Source: an uncultured Candidatus Saccharibacteria bacterium (lineage in GTDB: Bacteria; Patescibacteriota; Minisyncoccia; Phycocordibacterales; UBA2100). Taken from it: 54,325 bases of DNA. Below the pieces are notes generated by a model. It had not been told where the DNA came from. It saw nothing but the letters and a program-made list of their open reading frames with translations, and made no database searches. The stretch's first letter is position 1. Every line of letters starts with the position of its first letter. Positions 48,659-54,325 of the stretch are shown piece after piece. The position numbers and the translations under genes were made by a program. The stretch spans positions 1 through 54,325 of the forward strand of contig CAYIDD010000006.1 in NCBI GenBank assembly GCA_964362175.1. The letters run 5' to 3'.

Positions 48659-49546
48659 CTATTGATACCCGCCCGACACCTTTCGATCGGATGCGCTCAG
48701 CGCGTTCAAGAATACTTCTTTTTGTTTGTCCGCCGGGATCTTGTCGGTGGGGCCCTTACCCGGCGGCGTGCCGTGCCAACGGTAATCACCTTCAATTTCT
48801 TTTATTCCCTTACCGGGGATCGTGTGCGCAAGAATGAGTGTCGGTTTTTCTTTGATCGCGCGCGCCTCAAAACATGCCGCGATGAATTGCGGGATGTTGT
48901 GCCCGTCCACTTCAATAACGTGCCAATTGAACGCTTCGTATTTGTCGCGCAGCGGCTCAAGTGGCATCACATCTTCGGTGTTACCATCGATCTGAATGTT
49001 GTTGCGATCCATGATAGCGGTCAGGTTGTTCAGCCGGTATTTTCCTGCGAACATCGCCCCCTCCCACGTATTTCCCTCCTCCTGCTCGCCATCGGACATC
49101 ACACAAAAGACATGAAAATTTTTACCGTCCATGCGCGCGGCGTACGCATATCCAGACGCCTGCGAGAGGCCGCTCCCCAGCGGTCCCGAAGTCGTTTCCA
49201 CGCCAGGAAGTTTTTCCCGCTCAGGATGCCCCTGCAGGCGTGAACCGAACTTACGCAAGGTGGAACATTCTTCTATCGGAAAGTAACCCGCATGCGCCAT
49301 GGCGGCGTAGCGCACCGGCGTGATGTGTCCGTTGCTTAAAAAAAGTCGGTCGCGCTCTTCCCACTCAGGATTCTTGGGATCATGCTTCAATACGCGAAAA
49401 TAGAGCGCCGTGAATATATCTGTCATTCCCAACGGCCCCGCAAGATGACCCGAGCCGGCGGTGGCGAGCATTTCGACTATCGTACGGCGGATCGCGTTTG
49501 CATACGCCCCAAGTTCTCGCACTTCTTCGTCGGTCAGTGGCTCCAT
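48659..49546 (-). CDS. Transketolase, N-terminal subunit
   Basis: GSGHLAG, RDRLFLSNGH, LQGHP, GPLGSG, TPP motif SDGEQEEG...DRNN. Confidence 0.94.
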   Translation of the reverse strand: MEPLTDEEVRELGAYANAIRRTIVEMLATAGSGHLAGPLGMTDIFTALYFRVLKHDPKNPEWEERDRLFLSNGHITPVRYAAMAHAGYFPIEECSTLRKFGSRLQGHPEREKLPGVETTSGPLGSGLSQASGYAYAARMDGKNFHVFCVMSDGEQEEGNTWEGAMFAGKYRLNNLTAIMDRNNIQIDGNTEDVMPLEPLRDKYEAFNWHVIEVDGHNIPQFIAACFEARAIKEKPTLILAHTIPGKGIKEIEGDYRWHGTPPGKGPTDKIPADKQKEVFLNALSASDRKVSGGYQ

Positions 49547-49553
49547 CCGCCCA

Positions 49554-50267
49554 TTATATCGCATCCGCCAACTGGCGGATCGCGATTGCTTTTAGATCTT
49601 CGTACGCTGCTTTTGGATCCGGTGCCTTTGATATCGCAGAGCCGATGCCAAAGCGCCTGGCTCCCGCGCGGACAAGGTCTGCGATGTTCGTTGCGGAAAC
49701 GCCGCCATCAATAGCAATCGTAAGGTCAGGATATTTCGCGTGTAGTTCCTCGATACGCGGAAATATTCGCGGTTCGAACGGCGCGCCCTGCGCGCCGAGC
49801 TTTGCTATCGACATCAACTGCGCCACATCGCATTTCCCGATGGCCGGCTCCAGCTGAGACAGTGGCGTATCGATGAGGACCGCGAGGCCGACCTCCCCTG
49901 CTCCCGCCGCCTTCCACGCCGCGAACGCCTCCGTAACCGATGCGGCGCCGTCAAAAACCTCGACATGCCCGATGATCCGTCGGCATCCGGCACGAGCCAG
50001 AAGCTCGCCGATACGGAGCGGCTCATCGACCATCAAATGAACTTCATACCTGAGCGTATCCGCGCAGGGAAGCTGCTGCCCTCCTATCGCCATTCCCTCA
50101 AGCTCCTTCCACTGTTCGCCCAAATACGGCCACGAAAGCTCCGGAGCGAACATGCCATCATCGATATCGAGTTGCACTTGGTCCGAAAACCCTTCGAAAA
50201 TGCGCGAACGCCGGGAAAGCTCCGCCATATCGGGCGGACACGTGTTCGTGGGTATGACCTCGATCAT
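49554..50267 (-). CDS. rpe: Ribulose-phosphate 3-epimerase
   Basis: QLDIDDGMFAP, EVHLMV, IGHVE, LGAQG, IDGGV, GSAI. Confidence 0.88.
   Translation of the reverse strand: MIEVIPTNTCPPDMAELSRRSRIFEGFSDQVQLDIDDGMFAPELSWPYLGEQWKELEGMAIGGQQLPCADTLRYEVHLMVDEPLRIGELLARAGCRRIIGHVEVFDGAASVTEAFAAWKAAGAGEVGLAVLIDTPLSQLEPAIGKCDVAQLMSIAKLGAQGAPFEPRIFPRIEELHAKYPDLTIAIDGGVSATNIADLVRAGARRFGIGSAISKAPDPKAAYEDLKAIAIRQLADAI
49563..49580. repeat. 18-nt palindrome in-frame at the end of rpe
   Basis: ATCCGCCA-AC-TGGCGGAT, exactly six codons (IRQLAD). Confidence 0.65.
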
Positions 50268-50276
50268 GAAAACTCA

Positions 50277-50738
50277 CTACGGCCCTACTGTGTAGCCAAC
50301 ACCGGCAAGAGTGCTGTTCAGACCCGATGTACCCGTATTACAAGTGGAAGGCGGTGCGGTTCCCTCGTAGGCGGTGCCGATGCAATAGAATGTCCCCCCG
50401 GCCGTGGTCTTATATATGTAGTGGTATGCACCCCCCAGAGGATCTTCCGGAAGTACCCCGATATAGCCGCCGGTAACGAGCCCGCCCAACACATTCGCAA
50501 CATTTTCCACCACGGTTGAGACGGGATATCCGGGACTTGCTTGTGAGTCATAGTACAGCTCGAGCGCGACCTGAAGCTGTTTGAGGTCTGAAAGACGTCG
50601 CGCGTCGCGGCCCTTTTTTCGGGCACCATTGAGAGAACTTAAGACAACGGACGAAAGGAGGCCGATGATCGAGATGACGACCAGGAGTTCTATAAGCGTG
50701 AATCCCCGATCCTTCGTTGAAGCACGTGCAAAGTTCAT
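50277..50738 (-). CDS. Type IV pilin / pseudopilin-like protein
   Basis: Class III signal RG-FTLIELLVVISIIGLL, RDARRLSDLKQLQVALELYY, LPEDP, C-terminal Cys pair. Confidence 0.92.
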   Translation of the reverse strand: MNFARASTKDRGFTLIELLVVISIIGLLSSVVLSSLNGARKKGRDARRLSDLKQLQVALELYYDSQASPGYPVSTVVENVANVLGGLVTGGYIGVLPEDPLGGAYHYIYKTTAGGTFYCIGTAYEGTAPPSTCNTGTSGLNSTLAGVGYTVGP

Positions 50739-50760
50739 ACAATATGGCGATCGGCGGACA

Positions 50761-51003
50761 TTATGCTTCGGCAGAAATACTGGTGGGCGGGGGTGGCGGC
50801 AAACTCCCCCCGGACCCTCTGAGCGCAAAGAAGGTTCCTATGAGGGCGAGCACTGCAATCGCGATGAGTACGTATTGTGCCTCCTGCCGAGACGACACGA
50901 GGCCCCACGACATGAGTTTGCCGCTCAGGTCGAATCCCGCTGATCGCTCCGGAGGTGTGCCAAATTCTTCCCCCTGATTTTCGAAACGAACTTCGCCATC
51001 CAT
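50761..51003 (-). CDS. Small single-pass membrane protein
   Basis: 80 aa, TM YVLIAIAVLALIGTFFAL, poly-Pro tail; TATAAT 7 nt upstream. Confidence 0.7.
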   Translation of the reverse strand: MDGEVRFENQGEEFGTPPERSAGFDLSGKLMSWGLVSSRQEAQYVLIAIAVLALIGTFFALRGSGGSLPPPPPTSISAEA

Positions 51004-51058
51004 AGAATGAATTATATATGGTCCGAAAGGCCTGTACAGGGGGTGCGGAGGGGATATC

Positions 51059-51550
51059 TCAGCCGAGGGCATCAATGTCCCGAATGCGTCGTGCGTGCCG
51101 CTCTTCCCCGGAAAATGGTGTCGAAAGCCAATGCTGAACGGCGTCTTTTGCCTCATCGAGTGTCAGGAATCGAAGACTCAGACTGAGAGCGTTCGCATCA
51201 TTATGTTCCCGCGTTGAGGCAAGCATGTCGAGCTGTTTTCCGCTCATATCGGTCTGTTGGCGATCCGTCGCGCCGTAATAGAGAGCGCAGCGAACTCCTT
51301 TAAAACGGTTTGCGACCATTGCCTCTCCCTGTCCCGAAGCACCGGCGACAATGGCACGACTGTCGAGACCTGACGCAACGTCTGCCGAAAGTTTGCGTGC
51401 CGCGGTCGCAATGATCCCAGGGTAGTCATCGGCGGGGTCGTTCACGAACGCTCCGCAATCTTCCACTTCGTACCCAAGATTTTTTACATGCTCAACCAAC
51501 GCATTTTTCGTCTCAAAACCCGCGTGGTCGGCAGCAAAGTAAACTTTCAT
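51059..51550 (-). CDS. rpiB: Ribose-5-phosphate isomerase B
   Basis: ADHAGF, DDYP, SGQGEAMVANR, REHNDAN, RHARRI. Confidence 0.93.
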   Translation of the reverse strand: MKVYFAADHAGFETKNALVEHVKNLGYEVEDCGAFVNDPADDYPGIIATAARKLSADVASGLDSRAIVAGASGQGEAMVANRFKGVRCALYYGATDRQQTDMSGKQLDMLASTREHNDANALSLSLRFLTLDEAKDAVQHWLSTPFSGEERHARRIRDIDALG

Positions 51551-51553
51551 GCG

Positions 51554-52564
51554 CTAGATCTTTTTCGCAACTTCGGCAACGTGCTCGATAAGCGTGTGCG
51601 TGTACCCCATTTCGTTGTCGTACCATGCAAGGACTTTCACCAAGAGGCCGTCGACGACGCGGGTCATGCCGAGATCCGCTATTGCGCCGTACGGCAACCC
51701 CAAAATATCGGAAGAGACAAGGGGCTCATCGGTCACGGCAAAGACACGCTTCCAGCGGTCAGTGGCCGCAGCCTTTTTCATCGCCTCGTTCACTTCTTCG
51801 ACCGTGGTCGGACGCGATGGTGTGAAGGTGATATCCACGATAGAGCCGGAGGGCACGGGCACACGCACCGCGATGCCATCGAATTTGCCTTTGAATTTCG
51901 GATAGACGAGCGCGGTCGCCTTGGCGGCGCCCGTCGAGGAGGGGCCGAGATTCTGCGCACCCGCGCGGCCGCGTCGGAAATCGTCGGGGGCCGTTCCATC
52001 AACGATACTTTGGGTCGCGGTGTAGGCATGCGTCGTGTTGAGGAGCGCGCGCTCGATCCCGATGGCCTCATCCAGTATCCCAATGAGCGGGCTCGCGCAG
52101 TTGGTCGTACATGATGCATTCGACGTAATGTCGCACGTGCCGAACTTTTCTTCATTTGCACCGATGAGGATGGTCTCGACGCCCTCACCTTTGCCGGGCG
52201 CCGTGATAACAACGCGTTTCGCGCCCGCATCAATGTGCGCGCGAGCTTTCGCGCCGTCCGTGAAAAATCCCGTTGATTCAACGACGATGTCGATGCCCAT
52301 GTCGCGCCACGGCAGTTTCGCGGGGTCATTCTCTGCAAGCACGGGGATCGTTTTTCCGTCGACGACCAGCAAGTTGCCGCCAGCGGCAACAGAAAACTTG
52401 GCGCGACCATAGACCGTATCGTACTTCAAAAGGTACGCGAGATTTTCTGCGGATGAGAGGTCATTGATCGCAACGATCTCGAAGTCACTCCTGCCCTGAG
52501 CGGCGCGGGCAAATCCCCTCCCGATCCGACCGAAACCATTTATTGCTATCCGTACCATATTCAT
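51554..52564 (-). CDS. gap: Glyceraldehyde-3-phosphate dehydrogenase type I
   Basis: INGFGRIGR, SNASCTTNC, STGAAKA, WYDNE. Confidence 0.97.
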   Translation of the reverse strand: MNMVRIAINGFGRIGRGFARAAQGRSDFEIVAINDLSSAENLAYLLKYDTVYGRAKFSVAAGGNLLVVDGKTIPVLAENDPAKLPWRDMGIDIVVESTGFFTDGAKARAHIDAGAKRVVITAPGKGEGVETILIGANEEKFGTCDITSNASCTTNCASPLIGILDEAIGIERALLNTTHAYTATQSIVDGTAPDDFRRGRAGAQNLGPSSTGAAKATALVYPKFKGKFDGIAVRVPVPSGSIVDITFTPSRPTTVEEVNEAMKKAAATDRWKRVFAVTDEPLVSSDILGLPYGAIADLGMTRVVDGLLVKVLAWYDNEMGYTHTLIEHVAEVAKKI

Positions 52565-52626
52565 TCAGTAAAATTCGATCTTCTAAGTGTCCTGCCATTG
52601 TAGCGCACTTTTTCCTCCCTCCTGTG

Positions 52627-52655
52627 CAAAAAAGGACTTCCGATGTCCTTTTTTG
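52627..52655. repeat. REP-like palindrome upstream of RAYT-2
   Basis: CAAAAAAGGAC-TTCCGAT-GTCCTTTTTTG. Confidence 0.85.
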
Positions 52656-52670
52656 ATATACTCAAAATTA

Positions 52671-53342
52671 ATGCCTCTCATCCACGCACTCAACCGCGGG
52701 ACAGACAAGCGCGACATCTTTATGGACGACCATGACCGCATGCGTTTTTGCTATGGACTTTTTCTTTTTAACGACACGAGACACGTGGACATCGCTGCTC
52801 TCAAGACGAAAGGACTTCCGATGTCCTTTTTTGTGGAATCGACTCCCCCGCGCAAACGACTAGTTGATGTTCACGGGTGGTGCCTGATGACCAATCACTA
52901 TCATTTATTGCTTTCCGAACGCACGGAGAGCGGAGTGAGCCGTTTCTTGCAGAAACTTAACATCGGGTACGCGAAATATTTTAACGACCGCCACAAGCGC
53001 GTCGGGACGTTATATCAAGGACGTACCAAGCAAGTACTTATTGAGTCTGACCGACAGTTCCTGCACATTCTTAACTACATTCATTTCAACCCGCTCGATT
53101 TCCTCAATGGATCCAAGGAATGGCGGGAGCGACGCATTTCAAATACGCAAAAAGCACTCGACCATTTGAACAAGTACCGGTGGAGCAGCTACGCAACCTA
53201 TTGCGGCAAAGGAGACTTTCCCGCCATCACGACAACTGAGCTATTTGCCGACGTTTTCAAGGATTATAAGCGGGAGGTTGTGGGATATTTGCACGATATC
53301 GAGATCGAGAGTATCCAACTTGACGGCCTAAACCTTGAGTAA
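52671..53342 (+). CDS. REP-associated tyrosine transposase (RAYT, Y1/HUH family) 2
   Basis: HALNRG, HUH motif LMTNHYHL, RVGTLYQGR, YIHFNP, YRWSS. Flanked by palindromes. Confidence 0.88.
   Translation: MPLIHALNRGTDKRDIFMDDHDRMRFCYGLFLFNDTRHVDIAALKTKGLPMSFFVESTPPRKRLVDVHGWCLMTNHYHLLLSERTESGVSRFLQKLNIGYAKYFNDRHKRVGTLYQGRTKQVLIESDRQFLHILNYIHFNPLDFLNGSKEWRERRISNTQKALDHLNKYRWSSYATYCGKGDFPAITTTELFADVFKDYKREVVGYLHDIEIESIQLDGLNLE
52809..52833. repeat. REP-like copy inside the RAYT-2 coding sequence
   Basis: AAAGGAC-TTCCGAT-GTCCTTTTTTG, read as KGLPMSFF. Confidence 0.85.
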
Positions 53343-53366
53343 AAAGGACATCGGAAGTCCTTTTTT
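53341..53366. repeat. REP-like palindrome downstream of RAYT-2 (inverted orientation)
   Basis: AAAAAGGAC-ATCGGAA-GTCCTTTTTT, overlapping the stop codon. Confidence 0.85.
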
Positions 53367-53372
53367 GGGTTG

Positions 53373-54325
53373 TTATGGGGTGGTGGATGTGTCGGTTGTA
53401 GGTGCTGGATCTGTGGTTGGCGCGGGTTCTGGTGCGGGCGCCGGAGCCGGATCCACTGTAGGCGCGGGGTCAACCGTGGCTGGGTCGGTTGTCCCTGTAG
53501 TTGTAGTGGTTGTGGTTGTGGTGTCTATAGTTGTGGTAGTAGGCGCAGGGTCGGTAGTCGGTGTTGGGTCTGTGGTTGTTGGATCAGTGGTGGAAGTGGT
53601 GGTGGTCGAATCCGTGGTCGTAGTGGCGGTCGACGTAGTAGTCGATGTTGGCTCCGGTGCGGGGGCGGGGTCTGGGGCGGGGGCAGGCGCGGGTGAGCTT
53701 GCCGTGGCAGTTTGTCCGGCCAAAAGCGCATCCAACTGACTCTTCGTCACGCATGTCTGCGCGCCACCCTCATCCGCAACACAAAGTTTCTTTGTCGTGA
53801 CCTGATCCGCGCTAACGTTGACCGCAACCAACTCTTTCGTAAATATCTTTTCTATCCCATTCCCCGCATCCGCAAGCCACCCCATAACCCGCGCAAAGAG
53901 GTTGTTCCAGAAACTCGAGGCAAACGACTGCGATACCGGAGTCGAAGAGGCCGTAGTCGAGGCGATTGTTTCAAGATTAAGCGAGAGCTCCTGTATCGCC
54001 CCGGTGAGCACGGCGGTGAGCTTGCTGTAGTCGAGGCGCTCGTACCCTGCCGTGTCGGTGATGACGAGGTCGGTATTCGGGAAGAGCGACTTGACGTCCT
54101 GCGCGATGAAGCCGAGCGAGCTGGAGGTGCCGGTGTTGTACTCCCCGTTCCAAGTGAAGGTGACGGGGCGCAGCTGCTTCACGAGGCTGAGGGCGCCACC
54201 GAGGTCGGCGATGTTGTTCTTCAGCCGCACGTCGGAGATTGCGGACGTGTCGTCGGTACACACGTCGTCGGCGTTGAGGTCAAGGCAGACGGTCCCCTTT
54301 ACGTCAAGGAGCGCGTCGGGGGTCG
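53373..54325 (-). CDS. Fibre/adhesin-like protein with peptidase S74 intramolecular chaperone domain and Thr/Pro-rich tail (5' part outside window)
   Basis: Frame stays open to the window edge (TPDALLDVKG...). SDVRLKNNI...LRPVTFTW...GFIAQDV..LFP...LDYSKL...AIQEL. Confidence 0.85.
   Translation of the reverse strand, partial: TPDALLDVKGTVCLDLNADDVCTDDTSAISDVRLKNNIADLGGALSLVKQLRPVTFTWNGEYNTGTSSSLGFIAQDVKSLFPNTDLVITDTAGYERLDYSKLTAVLTGAIQELSLNLETIASTTASSTPVSQSFASSFWNNLFARVMGWLADAGNGIEKIFTKELVAVNVSADQVTTKKLCVADEGGAQTCVTKSQLDALLAGQTATASSPAPAPAPDPAPAPEPTSTTTSTATTTTDSTTTTSTTDPTTTDPTPTTDPAPTTTTIDTTTTTTTTTGTTDPATVDPAPTVDPAPAPAPEPAPTTDPAPTTDTSTTP

Overview
Chromosomal window from a small-genome bacterium using genetic code 11. 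Gene content and streamlined proteins point to Patescibacteria/CPR, probably Parcubacteria (inference). Most of it is housekeeping: rpoBC, dnaG, rpoD, rpsP-khpA-trmD, smc, rnhB-rpmF-nusB-rnc, dnaE, thrS, gyrB, pheST, rpsB-tsf, prfA, rpmE, rplY, a gap/pentose-phosphate cluster and tRNA-Thr(UGU). Four layers stand out. (1) Two REP-associated (RAYT/Y1 HUH) transposase genes are each bracketed by their own palindrome family, with copies inside their own reading frames, and short codon-phased palindromes sit in-frame in trmD, rpe and gyrB. (2) A sortase locus (23.4-30.6 kb) carries an IPYTG-anchored Tyr/Asp-repeat surface protein, a secreted hexapeptide-repeat protein and a CARDB protein, around five orphan membrane/secreted gene cassettes. 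(3) Core genes look leaderless (-10 box 6-9 nt before ATG), while orphan cassettes have a promoter, often a 5' hairpin, a Shine-Dalgarno and a terminator. (4) Several core proteins are truncated or fused (hinge-less SMC, editing-less ThrRS, minimal PheRS, NusB-Nudix). No CRISPR array, rRNA, integrase or reverse transcriptase was seen.
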